Shown here piece by piece: positions 51,101 to 64,000 of a stretch of DNA of 64,000 bases. The notes below the pieces were generated by a model that was not told the origin of the DNA, searched no databases, and saw only the letters and a list, made by a program, of their open reading frames with translations. Origin of the DNA: Squalus acanthias (taxonomy: Eukaryota); the NCBI GenBank assembly GCA_030390025.1, contig CM059431.1, positions 155,746,001 through 155,810,000 on the forward strand. Reading direction: 5' to 3'. The number at the start of each line of letters is the position of its first letter. The stretch's first letter is position 1. A program made the translations under genes and the position numbers.

Positions 51101-53160
51101 AAAAAGATTGATTAAGAAAGGGAAGATAGATTATGAAAGTAAATTAGCAAAACATATAAAAACAGATAGTAAGAGTTTTTATAGTTATATAAAAAGAAAA
51201 AGGGTGGCTAAAGTAAATGTTGGTCCCTTAGAGGATGAGACCGGGAAATTAATGGTGGGAAATATGGAGATGGCAAATACACTGAATGAATATTTTGTAT
51301 CAGTCTTTACAGTAGAGAACACTAAGAATATCCCAACACTGGACAAACAGGGGGCTTTCGGGGGGGAGGAGCTAAACACGATCAAAATCACTAAGGAAGT
51401 GGTACTCGGTAAAATAATGGGACTCAAGGCGGATAAATAACCTGGACCTGATGGCTTACATCCTAGGGTCTTGAGGGAAGTGGCGGTAGGGATTGTGGAT
51501 GCATTGGTAATAATTTTCCAAAACTCCCTGGACTCAGCAAAGATGCCAGCAGACTGGAAAACTGCTAATGTAACACCCTTATTTAAAAAGGGCAGTGGAC
51601 AGAAGGCTGGAAACTATAGACCAGTTAGCCTAACATCTGTGGTAGGTAAAATTTTGGAGTCCATTATTAAGGAGATAGTAACGGGACATTTGGATAATCA
51701 TAATTTAATAGGACAAAGTCAGCATGGTTTTATGAAGGGGAAGTCATGTTTGACAAATTTGCTGGAGTTCTTTGAGGAAGTAACACACAGGGTGGATAAA
51801 GGGGAACCAGTGGATGTGGTATATTTAGACTTCCAAAAGGCATTTGACAAGGTGCCACACAAAGGATTATTGCTTAAGATAAAAAATCACGGGATTGGGG
51901 GTAATATTCTGGCATGGATAGAGGATTGGCTATCTAACAGATGGCAGTGAGTTGGGATAAATGGTTCATTCTCAGACTGGCAATCAGTAACTAGTGGTGT
52001 TCCGCAGGGGTCAATGCTGGGTCCCCAACTCTTTAAAATCTATATCAACGATTTGGAGGAGGGGACCGAGTGTAACATATCAAAGTTTGCAGATGATACT
52101 ATGATGGGAGGGAAAGTAATGAGTGAGGAGGACATAAAAAATCTGCAAGGGGACATAGACAGGCTAAGTAAGTGGGCAGAGATTTGGCAGATGGAATACA
52201 ATACTGGAAAGTGTGAGGTGATGCACTTTGGCAGGAGAAAATAGTAGAGCAAGTTATTATCTTAATGGCAAGAAACTGGAAAGTACTGAAGTACAAAGGG
52301 ATATGGGGGTCCTGGTGCACGAAACTCAAAAGGTTAGTATGCAGGTGCAGCAAGTGATTAAGAAGGCCAATGGAATGTTGGCTTTCATTGCTAAGGGGAT
52401 AGAATATAAAAATAGGGAGGTATTGCTTCAGTTGTACAAGGTATTGAAGAGACCGCACCTGGAATACTGCGTACAGTTTTGGTGTCCATACTTAAGAAAA
52501 GATATACTTGCTCTCGAGTCAGTACAAAGATGGTTCACTCGGTTAATCCCGGGGAATAGGGGATGGACATATGAGGAGAGGTTGGGTAGATTGGGACTCT
52601 ACTCATTGGAGTTCAGAAGAATGAGAGGCGATCTTATTGAAACATATAAGATTGTGAAGGGTTTGGATCGGGTGGATGCGGGGAGGATGTTCCCGATGAT
52701 GGGTGAAACTAGAACTAGGGGGCATAGTCTTAGAATAAGGGGCTGCTCTTTCAAAACTGAGATGAGAAGGAACTATTTCACTCAGAGGGTGGTAGGTCCA
52801 TGGAATATGCTGCCCACAAAGCTGTAGAAGCTACATCATTACATAAATTTAAAACAGAAATAGACAGTTTCCTAGAAGTAAAGGGAATTAAGGTTTACGG
52901 GGAGCGGGCAGGAATTTGGACATGAGTCTAGGTTCGGATCGGTCATGGCCCTGCGGGTAGCGTAGCGGGCCCAGGGGCCGTGTAGCCTGATCCTGCACCC
53001 ATTTCGTGTGTCCAATTCTGTTAGGTTCAGGAGATGGTTCTGTGATAGTAGATTGGAGGTTAGGATCAGATCAGCCATGATCTTATTGAATGGCGGAGCA
53101 GGCTCGAGGGGCCAATTGGCCTACTCCTGCTCCTATTTCTTATGTTCTTATGTTCTTATG
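48187..53160 (+). mobile_element. Near full-length CR1 LINE: repeated 5' UTR, ORF1 (zinc finger plus SGNH esterase), ORF2 (APE plus RT), 3' UTR; several stops and frameshifts
   Basis: ORF1 from ATG 48984 reads MEQVMCYCCEMW..ICDKC, then VVVVGDSII, CCLPGARVKD, VHVGTND and WDGLHL. ORF2 has LYLNARSIRNK, AITETWL, YRPPN, SDHN, PQGSMLGP and FADD. Tail is (ttcttatg)n. Confidence 0.95.
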
Positions 53161-53274
53161 TAAATGGTGAGAGATTGGGAAAAGTTGGAGCTCAAAGTGT
53201 TCTGTGTGTCCTTGTACACGAATCACTGAAAGTGAACATGCAGGTACAGCAAGCAATTAGGAATACAAATGGTC

Positions 53275-55333
53275 TGTTCGAACTGAAGAAAAAATGGTGG
53301 GTGGCGAAAGCGCAGGTGATCCAGCAGCTAGTCGACAACCACAAGACCATCTAAGGCCCAAGCACCCAAGGCCCTACCCCACTGCGGGCCAAGTACGGAG
53401 AGGTGCTCATCATGGACAGAGAGGCAGTCAGTGGTCGCTGGAAGGAGCACTTCGATGATCTCCTTAACCGAGACACCGTCTTCGACTTGAGTGTCCTCAA
53501 CTCCATCCCGCAGCATGCTACCCGCCACCATCTCAGCACAACCCCAGCCCGGCATGAGGTGGAGAAGGCCATCCGACAACTCAAGAACAACAAGGCCTCA
53601 GGAGCAGATGGAATCCTTGCCGAGGCACTAAATCATGGCGCAGAAGCACAACTGGCGCGAATACATGAACTAATTTCTCTTATCTGGAAGGAGGAGAGCA
53701 TGCCAGGGGATCTCAGAGACGCCTTAATTGTGACCATCTTCAATAAACCTGACAAGTCCGATTGCGCTAATTACAGAAGTGTTTCCCCGCTGTCTGCCAC
53801 AGGGAAAGTCATCACAAGAATCCTCCTCAATCACCTTCTCCCAGTGGCCGAGGAGCTCCTCCCAGAGTCGCATTGCGGATGTTGCCCACTAAGAGGCACA
53901 ATGGACATGATCTTCACCGCGCGTTAATTACAAGAGAAATGCAGGGAACAGCACCAACCGCTGTACATGGCCTTCTTTGATCTCACAAAGGCCTTCGACA
54001 CTGCCAACCGTGAGGGATTATGGCATGCCCTCCTCAAATTCGGCTACCCTCAAAAGTTTGTAACCATCCTCCGCCTGCTTCACGACGACATGCAAGCCGT
54101 GATCCTGACCAACGGTTCCACCACAGACCGAATTCACGTACGAACCGGGGTCAAGCAAGGCTATGTCATCGCACCAACGCTCTTCTCGATCTACCTTGCC
54201 GCAATGCTCCATCTCACCCTCAGTAAGCTCCCCGCTGGAGTGGAGCTAATTTACAGAGCAAACGGGGAACTGTTCAAGCTCCGTCGCCTCCAGTCCAGAT
54301 CCAAGGTCCTCCCATCCTCTGTCATCGAATTACAGTATGCAGACGACGCTTGCATCTGCGCTCATTCGGAGGTCGAACTCCAAACCATCGTCAAAAACTT
54401 CACCAACGCGTACGACAGCTTGGGCCTCACACTCAACATTCAAATGACAAAGGTCCTCTACCAACCTGGCCCCGCCACACAGTACTGCCCCCCGATTATC
54501 AAAATCCACGACAAGGCCTTGGACAACGTGGACCATTTTCCATACGTCAGGAGCCGACTGTCAACAATGGCAGACGTTGACGACGAAGTCCAACACTGCC
54601 TTCAATGTTTCATGCAGCCTTCGGTCGCCTGAGGAAGAGAGTGTTTGAAGACCAGGACTTCAAACCCGGCACTAAGCTCATGGATTACAGAGCAGCAGTG
54701 ATACCCGCCCTGCTTTATGCCTCAGAGACATGGACCATGTACCGCAGGCACCTCAAAGCACTGGAGAGGCACCACCAACGCTGCCCCCGCAAGATCCTGC
54801 AAATCCAATGGCAGGATAGGCGCACCAACAACAAAGTTCTTGCTCCGGCCAACATCCCCAGCTTCGAAGCTTTGACCGCGCTCGATCAGCTCCGATGGAC
54901 GGGCCACATTGTCCACATGCCCGATACGAAACTCCCAAAACAAGCGCTCTACTCGGAGCTCCGGCAAGGGAAGAGAGCCCCAGGTGGGCAGAGGAAACGC
55001 TTCAAGGACACCCTCAAAGTCTTCTTGAAAAAGTGCAATATCGTCACCGACACCTGGGAATCCCTGGCCCAAGAAATAACAAAGTGGAGGAGAAGCATCC
55101 GGGAATGCGCCGAACACCTCGAGTCTCTTCGCAGGTAGCAAGCGGAAGCCAAGCGCAGGCATCGCAAGGAGCGCGCGTCAACCCAAGCACCCCACCCAAC
55201 CGCCCATTCAAGCACCGTCTGCCCCACCTGTGACAGAGACTGTAATCCCGGATTGGACTCATCAGTCACCTGCAAACTCATTTTTAACGTGGAAGCAAGT
55301 CAATGTCGGTTCCGAGGGACTGTCTAAGAAGAA
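53275..55333 (+). mobile_element. RTE-clade LINE, 5' truncated, same family as 10831-14329
   Basis: Contains KASGADGI, AFFDLTKAFD, GVKQGYVIAPTLF, QYADD and GGQRKRFKD, with an (aag)n tail. Confidence 0.93.
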
Positions 55334-56590
55334 GTACAGTTGTAGCAAGACATCCCTACGTTTGTACTCCATCCCCCTTGCATTATGGACCAACATTGCA
55401 TTTGCCTTCCAAATTATTGCTGTAAATTCATGCTAACTTTCTGTTTCTCATGTACGAGGACCCCCCAGATCCCTCTGTACCGCAGCATTTTGTAGTCCCT
55501 CTCCATTGAAATAATAATTTGCTTTTATTTTCTTCCTACCAAAGTGGATAACCTCACAGATTCCCATATTGTACTCCATCTGCCAAACTTTTGCCCACTC
55601 ACATAACCTATCCATATCCCTTTGCAGACTGTTTGTGTCCTCCTCACAACTTGCTTTCCCGCCTATCTTTTGTATCATCAGCAAATTTGGCTACAGTACA
55701 CTCGGTCCCTTCACCCAAGTCCTTAATTTAGATCATAAATAGTTGAGGCCCAGGAACTTATCCCTGTTACACACTACTAGTTATAGTTCGCCAACCTGAA
55801 AATGACCCCTTTATACCGGCTCTCTGTTTTCTGTTATTTAGCCAATCCTCCATGCATCCTAATGTATTACCACCAACCCCGTGAGCTCTTTTCCATTGCA
55901 GTAACCTTTTATGTGGCACCTTATCGAATGCCTTCTGGAAATCCTAATACACTACATCTACTGGTTCCCCTTTTTCCATCCTGCTCGTTACATCCTCAAA
56001 GAACTCAAGTAAATTTATCAAATACGATTTCCCTCTCATAAAACCATGTTGATTGCTTCATTGTATTATGATTTTCTAAATGTCCTGCTATTTCTTCCTT
56101 AATAATGGGTTCAAGCATTTTTGCAATGACAGATGTTATACTAACTGGCCTATAATTTCCTGCTTTCTGTCTCCCTCCTTTCTTGAATAAGGGAGTTGGT
56201 TGTTTAAATGAAAAATGAAAATAGCAAATCATGAAACTAGATTATGTGCTTCTGAGTTATGGTTTTTCCTGTTGATTTGCACTTTGTATAAAAATGTAGA
56301 TGAAATTTGAAGAAACATTTGCGGTTCTCCAATCCGCTGCGACCACTCCAGAAATCAGGGAATTTTGGTAGATTACAATCAATGCACCCACTATCTCTGC
56401 AGCCACTTATTTTAAGACCCTAGGATGCAGGCCGTCAGGTCCAATAGACTGGTCAGCATTTAGTCCCATTCGTTTTCCTAGTACGTTTTCTCTAAGGATA
56501 GTGATTGTTTTAAGTTCCTGCCTCCCTATAGCACATTCATTATCAATTATTATAGGGATGCTTTTATTGTGTTCTAGCGTGAAGATATTT
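55334..56590 (-). mobile_element. CR1 RT fragment
   Basis: Minus ORFs LQRDMDRLCEWAKVWQM and KAGNYRPVSITSV. Confidence 0.85.
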
Positions 56591-57954
56591 GTTCAAATTC
56601 TCTGCAATTTCCCTGGAGCATGAGACTCTATGAACGATCCTATACTAAAATAAGTGTATCAACAGCACCTGATTTCAAGAGAGAAGAATGAAGTGCGTGA
56701 CAATGTCTTCATCCAAAATGGCTAAGTGGATGATTCTATTCGGAATCACCCATATTTTGCCACACTCATACAATCAGTTCCATCCACTTGACGTTAAGAA
56801 GCAGATGAATGCACAGAACACAGTGAATTATTTTGAACTTCAGAATTTAATCTCCCCAACCCCAGCCAAGCTAATGCAGTGCATCTGATATGGCATCTGA
56901 TGCACAAAATACAAGGATGACCAGCTGTGTCCTTACCAAAAATTCAGCAAAAGACTGGATCCTGCCAATTACTGACGTATCAGCTGCCTTATAATGATCA
57001 GCAAAGCGATATGTCTACTAAACAATAGAACCATCAAACAACAGTCACTCACTAATAACCTGCTTTCCGATATTCAGTTCGAGTGTTGCCTGAAATGATC
57101 GGTTCCGGATTTTTTCAATGATGCAAGATTTGAATGCCGGAGAACAAGTGACCGTACCTCACCTCGATTACAAGGTTGCATTTCACGCTGTTTTGCATTC
57201 TGATATCAATGAGATTGAAAGGGCAAAACACCCGTGGCTTGAAACTTTGGAACTCGGTAAAGGTTAGCAGTTGCGTTTTATGTAAAAATGTCTCGAACTC
57301 TAACTTTTTAGTCGTAACGTTGTCATAAACGAAAAATAATTTAAATATCATTTACAGCCGCAGAACGTCAGCGTCTGTGTTTATATTTGGAAGTTCAATC
57401 TGTTAAATGCCACAGCTTCCAGTAAACCGATTTCTGAAAAAAAGCAATCCTTTCTTACCCCATCCCCTATGTATAATACAAAGTTTCACTATCCTTGAAG
57501 ATCGATAGAATTCAACGGCGATATGTCCATTCCCGTACATTAGAACAAAGTAATTGTGCTCAGTATATCCAGCTGCTTACCTTGTGCTACGGATCCTGAT
57601 TCTTGTTCCAGAGAGTCTGGGTAAGTTAGCGTTGTGGGTTCTGCAGGATAATGAACACACCCTGGGTAAACGTCAGTTACACATCACAGTCATAAACCCG
57701 GGTTTCAGTCTGATCAGTAAAATCCCTTCCCGCCCTATTCTCTGATGCAGGTTTCGATCGGAATCAAACCCAGTCTCATTGGGATTAAAGTGTTCTGATA
57801 AATTAGGAATATTTTCAGTAAAATCATAAATTCTGTGTGGGATAATAATGATTACTCTGCGATTCAGGATACTTTGCAGAGAAATCGGTTTCTCTATCCG
57901 GATTCAGTTTCGTGTGCTCGATTCTACTTCATTGCTCACCATTTAAACTGTTTA

Positions 57955-60510
57955 TTGAGAGATTACTGAGACATGGCTACAGCAAATTCATGACTGGGAA
58001 TTAACCATTGCCGGGTACAACATATATAGAACAGATAGAGAGCGAAAAGTGGAGGTGGAGTACCTGTACTTATTGGAGATATAATAATGGCAGTAGAAAA
58101 AGTGACGTAGCCTTGAGTAAGAGATAAAATGAATCCATTTGGATAGAGATAAAAGATAATGAAGGATCAGTCACAGTAATAGGGGTAGCCTGCAGAGTAC
58201 ATAATAGTGGAATGGAGAAGGGGAAGAAATACCCAAATACATTAGGGAAATGAATTAAAAGATACAATAATAATCATGGGGGATTTCAACTACACCGAAA
58301 TTAATTGGCCAGATGAGGGAGATTAATTGGATAAGTGAATGGAATCCATACAATGTGTACAGGATTCCATTAAAACTTTTATGTAAGAAGTCCAACAAGG
58401 AGGATTCGCTACTGGAATGAACCAGGGCAAATACGATAAGTAAAAGTAGGGGACCATCGAGACAATCGTGGCCATGACATAATATATTTTTAGATAATAA
58501 TTGAGAAGGGCATAAGCAATAGAATGAAGAAAAGCTGATTTTGAGGAGCTGAGCTTACAAAATAATATGGATATCAATATTCTGGCAAACAAAAACGTGG
58601 AACATTAATGGGAAGCATTTAAATGTCGTTCAGCACAATCCAGGAAATAAATATTCCGCTAAAAAACAAGGACCAAATAAACAGTAATGATTCACCATGG
58701 ATGAATAATGACGAAGGGAATAATTGAGGTTAAGGAAAGAAACATACTCTAATTACATGGACAGCAGTAGCGAGCATGAAAAGCGAAATACGAAAAAAAA
58801 TAGGGGAGGAATCAAAAAACAATCAGAATGGCAAAGAGAAAATGTCAAACTAAATTATCAAGGAACATAAAAAGCAAAATATTCTCCAGACATGTAAATT
58901 TAAAAAAAGGACATTTGGGATGGGAATACGGCCATTAAAGTGTGGACAGGCTAAACTCAAATGCAGCGATAGCGAAATGGCAGAAATATTAAATACTTAC
59001 TTTGGGTCAGTATTTACAGGGAGACATAATCAAGAGAATAGATAGAAGAGGCACTATTACACATAGTAAGTAATTCGTTAGGAAAAGGTCTAGTTCCAGA
59101 GGACGCGTGGATAGCTAACGTTATACGTGTATTTAAGAAGGGAGATAGAACATGTCCAGGAACTATAGGCTAATCAGCTTAACATTGGTGGTCGGAAAGA
59201 AAATGGAATCCATCTTAAAAATGAAAATAGAAATACATCTTAGAAGCAAAAATATAATAATAAAAACTCAGCATTGATTTCTAAAGGGAAAGTCTTGCTT
59301 GAGCAACCTCATGAAATTTTTCGAAAAGGTAACAGAGAGCCTAGAAAAGGGTAAGTTAGTACATGTAATATATCTAGATTTTCAAAAGGCCTGCGTTAAG
59401 GTACCACATAAGAGACTCATGAATAATGTTAGAGCATGTGGAGTCAGGGGTCAAGTAGCTGAAAGTATAGCTAGCTGGCTGCAAGATAGAAAGCAGACAA
59501 TAGAGGTAAAAGTTAATTTATCAGCGTTGCAGAAGGGGGGAAGTCGGACGCCACAGATCAGTGCTGACACCATTGTTTTCAATAATTATTTTGTCGATTT
59601 AGACATTGGAATTTGAAACAAAATTTCTAAATTTGGCAACAACAAATTGGTGGGAGGGGATAATCAATACTGAGCAGCAGTGCAATAAATTATAAGAATA
59701 CATTAATAAACTTGCAGAATGGGCATATAATTGGCAAATGATTACAACAGAAATAATTGCGATGTATTAAATTTTGAAAAGAAAAATATGGAGGTCACAT
59801 ATTACTTGGGAAATAAAATCTAAATCCGGCAGAGTTGCAAATGATCTGGGAGTGAAAATACATAAATCACTTAAAAGTAGGGACCCAGGTTCATAATGCC
59901 AAAAAAAAATCAAACTACGTATTAGGGCTTATTTCTGGTGGGATAGAATTGTAGAGAAGTTAGGCTAAACTTGTATCGAACCGTAGTTATACCACACTTG
60001 GAGTACTGTTCACAAATCTGGTCGCCATTTTATACAAAAACGATATAGAGGCACATGAGGGGGAACACAACGATTTACAAGCATGATACCTGATATACCT
60101 ATCAGGAAAGTATGAACAGACTTGGTCTCTTTTCTATTTAAATGTGAATGCTGAGGGGTGATCGAATAGAGTTCTTTAAAATTAGGAAAGGTTTTGATAG
60201 AGTAGATGCAGAGAGATTGCTTCCACTTGTAAGGAGGAGAAAAAATTAGAGGCCATCAATATAAGATAGCCACCAATAAATTAAAAAATGGTAATTCAAA
60301 AGAAATATTTTCAACTAGAGAGTGGTGAGAATGTTGAACTCGCTAACTGAGGGAGTGGTTGAGTCCAATAGTATAGATGCTTTTAAGAGAAAGCTAGATA
60401 CGCATGGGAGGGAGGAGGGAATTGAGGGTTTGCTCCTGGAGTTAGATGAGGAAATATGGGTGGTGGTTTGAGTGGCGCATAAACATCAGCATAGACTGGT
60501 TGGGTCGAAT
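57955..60510 (+). mobile_element. Highly degraded CR1 ORF2 and 3' UTR
   Basis: ITETWL-like DNA at 57961, a GDFN remnant, YLDFQKACVKVPH, and a 3' UTR gactggttgggtcgaat. Confidence 0.82.
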
Positions 60511-60819
60511 CGATCAACTGGATGTAGGCGTCGTTGGTAAGGAGAGCATTTCTTGCCCATTGCTGATTTCCTTCGGGGAGTAAGGAGGTGAGACAGTCAT
60601 CACAGAATAACCAGCCTCTGATCTGCTCTTGTTGCCACTGTATTTATGTGGCTTGTCTACTAAAGCTTATGTTCATGGTGACCCCGAGGATGTTAATGGT
60701 GCGGGACCGGCCATCGTAATGCGTTGCATGTCAAGCGGAGGTGGTTAGACTCTTCCTTGTTGTAGACTGTCAATTCCTGGCAATTTTGTGACGCAAATGT
60801 TAATTTTCACTTATTGGCA

Positions 60820-61440
60820 TATAAATACTGTTACAACAAGAGCAGTTCACAGCCTAGGTATTCTGCGAGGACTATCTCACCTCCTCAGTCCCAAAGGCTT
60901 TCCACCATCTACACGGCGAAAGTCAGGAGAGTGATGGAATGCTCTTCACTTGCATGGATGAGTGCAGCTCCAACAACACTCAATAAGCTCGACCACATCC
61001 TGGACAATGCAGCACACTTGATTGGCACCCCAGCCAACACCTTAAATATTCACTTGCTCCACCACCGGCGTACCGTGGCTGTAGCGTGTGCCATCTACAA
61101 GATGCACTGCAGTGACGCGCAAAGGCGTCTTCAACAGCAACACCAAAATCCGAGACCTCCCACACCTAGAAGGACAAGCGCAGCAGGCGCATGGGAACAC
61201 CACCACCTCCAAGTTTCCCTCACATCACACACCATCCTGACTTGGAAGTATATCGCGGATCCTTCATCGTCATCAACATCCTGGAACTCCCTCCCTAACG
61301 TCACTGTGGGAGTTCTCTTACCATACGGACTGCAACGGTTCAAGAAGGCGGCTACTCACCAGCTTCTGAGGCGCAATTACGGTGGGCAAAAAATGCTGAC
61401 CTTGCCAGCGACGCCCACATCACATGAATGAATTAAATGA
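60820..61440 (+). mobile_element. L2/CR1-group LINE 3' fragment; related antisense pieces at about 60520-60815, 25190-25470 and 39230-40370
   Basis: ORF reads LSTIYTAKVRRVMECSSLAW..WNSLP..LQRFKKA, followed by an atgaatgaat tail. Confidence 0.7.
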
Positions 61441-61849
61441 AAACAGTGGGCCAGAGTATAATTTCTGTTGGGCCTGTAGAATGTAAGATTACCTGCACTA
61501 CTCAAGCAGTACACTAGGCTATTGACCCTGTAGACGGTCAGAATTCCTGGGATTTTGAGTCTGCAGAGGGGCAGGGCAACCTGGCTATATTAATTGTCGG
61601 ATTACACTGGGAGAATGACTCTGTTTATTTTCAGAATTCGGCCTTTGTATGGTCAGACCATTCTGGGCATTTCGTCCAGTAACGGTTCAGAGTAGACTCG
61701 GCAATGCAGACTGGCAGAATACTCTGGGATATACAGAAGTTAAGATTATGCTGGGATAGTGGCCGTTTCGAGCATCAGAGACCCAGAGATCTTGGACTTT
61801 TAGATTGTCTGAGGGTTCCATATTACTGAGCCAGTAGATATTCAGAGTA

Positions 61850-61979
61850 ACAACAGAAAACGCTGGAAAAACTCAGCAGGCCAGGCAGCATCCGTGGAGA
61901 GAGAAAGAGAGTTAACGTTTCAGGTCGATGACCTTTCGTCAGAACTGTGAAGAGCCGGAAATCAAATGGATTTAAGGCC
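61850..61979 (-). mobile_element. 130 bp Penelope-derived hammerhead element with a 14 bp flanking direct repeat
   Basis: agatattcagagta at 61836-61849 and 61980-61993. 61855-61945 is the reverse complement of the pLTR end at about 2425-2518. Confidence 0.75.
61909..61946 (-). ncRNA. Minimal type I hammerhead ribozyme with intact core
   Basis: Minus strand reads agtt-CTGACGA-a-aggtc-atc-gacct-GAAA-cg-tt-aact. Confidence 0.85.
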
Positions 61980-62864
61980 AGATATTCAGAGTAGTTGAGT
62001 GCTGGGCTTGTAAAGTTCCGAATAACCCTTAGATATACGGCCTGTAAAATGTCAGAGTACCCTGTGCCATGCAAAAGTTTGCAGTACCCTGGGCTATTGA
62101 GCCAGCAAAGAATCAGACTTACCTGGGCTGCACAGAACGTCATATGCTGCTGTGCTATTGAAACTGTGGAGGGTTAGCTTACACTGAGCTATTGGGCCTT
62201 TACAGTGTAAAAGTACCCTGGGCTATTTGGCCTACAGAGTGTCAGAGCATCCTTGGATTTATAGAGTGTAAATGTACCGTCGGCTATTGGGCGTTTAGAG
62301 GGTCAACGTATCGTTACTTTTGATCACGTAGTTGATCAGATATTGCTGTGTTATTGAGACTTTGGAGTTTCAAAATTTCATGGGATTTTGGGCATTCAGA
62401 GGGTCAGAGAAATCTTGGAAATTGAGCCGAAAATGTTTACCTTAACCTGGGTTGTACATAGTTTCAGAGTACATTTTCTATTGGGCCTGAAGAGTACCAG
62501 AGCACCTTTGTCTATGCAGAATGTCAGAGTAAACTGACATATTTTCCCAGTTGAATTTCGGAGTAGCTTGAGATTTGCAGAGAGTCAATGTGCATTGGGT
62601 TACGAATAACGTAATGTACCCTGGGCTACTGAATCTGCAGAGGGTCAGAGTACCTGGGCTATTGAATCTGTAGAGAGTAAGTGTACCCAGGGCAATATGC
62701 CGTCTAAACATTAAGAGGACCCGGGTGTTTATGGCCTCCAAATATATTTCGTGCTCTGTTGTTTGTAGAAGGCAAGGGTACCCTGGGCTTTTGGGCTTTT
62801 TAAGGTCAGTTTAAGCTGCGATATTGGGCCTTTAGAGGGTTAGGGTTCCCTCAACTCTGAACCT

Positions 62865-64000
62865 ATGTTATTTCCCATTGGAAGCATATTGGAGCATTAG
62901 CGACGCAGAGAACGTCGTGGATAGCACGTTTATCGAGTTGGCCACACCACAGGTAAAGCGTGTATAGGCAGGAACTGAATGTGCTACCACAAGGCAGAGT
63001 AAGAGGTGCAGGCCGGTAGTGCAGGGGTCCCCTTTGGCCATCCCTCTCACAAACAGATATACCACTTTGAATGCTGTTGGGGGGGATGACTTATCAGGAG
63101 AAAGCAGCAGCAGCCAACTTCCTGGCACCAGGGGTGGCTCTGCTGCACAGGCTGAAAGGAAAAAGTGTGGTAGATCTATAATGATAGGGGATTCAATTGT
63201 GAGGGGAACAGATAGGCGTTTCTGAGGCTGCAAACGAGATTCCAGGATGGTGTGTTGCCTCCCTGGTGCAAGGGTCAAGGACGTCTCGGCGCGGCTACAG
63301 AACATTTTGGAGGGGGAGGGCGAACAGCCAGTTGTCGTGGTGCACATAGGCATCAACGATATAGGTAAAAAACGGGATGAGGTCCTAAAAGCAGAAGACA
63401 TGGAGTTAGCAGGCAAATAAAAAAATAGGATCTCAAAGGTAGTAATCTAAGGATTGCTACCAGTGCCACGTGCCAGACAGGGTAGAAATAGAAAAATATT
63501 TCAAATGAATACGTGGCTAGAGGAATGGTGCAAGGAGGAGGGATTCAAATTCCTTGGACATTGGATCCGGTTCTGGGGGAGGTGGGACCAGTCCAAAGGG
63601 ACGGTCTGCACCTGGGCAGGGCCGGGACCGATGTGCCAGGGGGAGTGTTTGCTAGTGCTGTTGGGGAGGGTTTAAACTAAAGTGGCAGGGGGTTGGGAAC
63701 CAGAGAAGGGAGGCAGAGGAAAGTGAAACAAGGATAAAAGCAAAAGACAGGAAGGAGAAAAACAAAAGTAGAAGTCAAAGAACTCAACGGTTTAAATCAA
63801 ACATGGTCACAGTAAATAATAATTCATATAGGTCTGAGAGTATTAAAAAAAGACTGAAGGCTTTGTGTCTTCATGCAAGGAGCATTCGGAACAAGTTGGA
63901 TGAATTAGCTGCGCAAATAGAGGTAAATGAACACGATTTGATTGGGATTACAGAAACAAGGCTCCAGCGTGGACATTACTGGGAACTCAACATCCAGGGT
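62865..64000 (+). mobile_element. CR1 LINE 5' part: ORF1 esterase and ORF2 start, degraded, runs off the window
   Basis: Contains IPLTNRYTTL, IMIGDSIVRG, CCLPGARVKD and VHIGIND, then ALCLHARSIRNKLDEL..IGITET at about 63860-63960. Confidence 0.9.

Larger units (their letters stand above)
61450..62860. repeat. Second degenerate minisatellite, unit about 34-35 bp
   Basis: Recurrent cctgggctattgggcct.tagag.gtcagagtac-like units. Confidence 0.8.

Overview
Repeat-dense vertebrate DNA. The CR1/L2, RTE and Penelope families and the NLR architecture point to a cartilaginous fish (inference). Most of the window is decayed retroelements: many CR1/L2 LINEs (one near full length at about 48.2-53.2 kb), two RTE LINEs, and Penelope-like elements with minimal hammerhead ribozymes. 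There is also one TIR MITE and two degenerate minisatellite families. The only host gene I can support is a minus-strand NLR (NACHT-LRR) locus. Its large FISNA-like/NACHT exon (6162-7881) carries two nonsense codons and a frameshift. Small upstream exons, found by hand, have GT-AG sites whose phases join in frame: a leader exon, an exon with a predicted transmembrane helix, and two exons forming a CARD/death-fold-like domain. This N-terminal module is tandemly duplicated (about 14.3-32.8 kb and 33.2-46.9 kb), and every exon length difference between copies is a multiple of 3. The main candidate novelty is a membrane-anchored TM-(death fold)-NACHT-LRR receptor architecture. No prokaryotic features, CRISPR arrays, tRNA or rRNA genes were seen. 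All calls come from manual reading; no searches were run.
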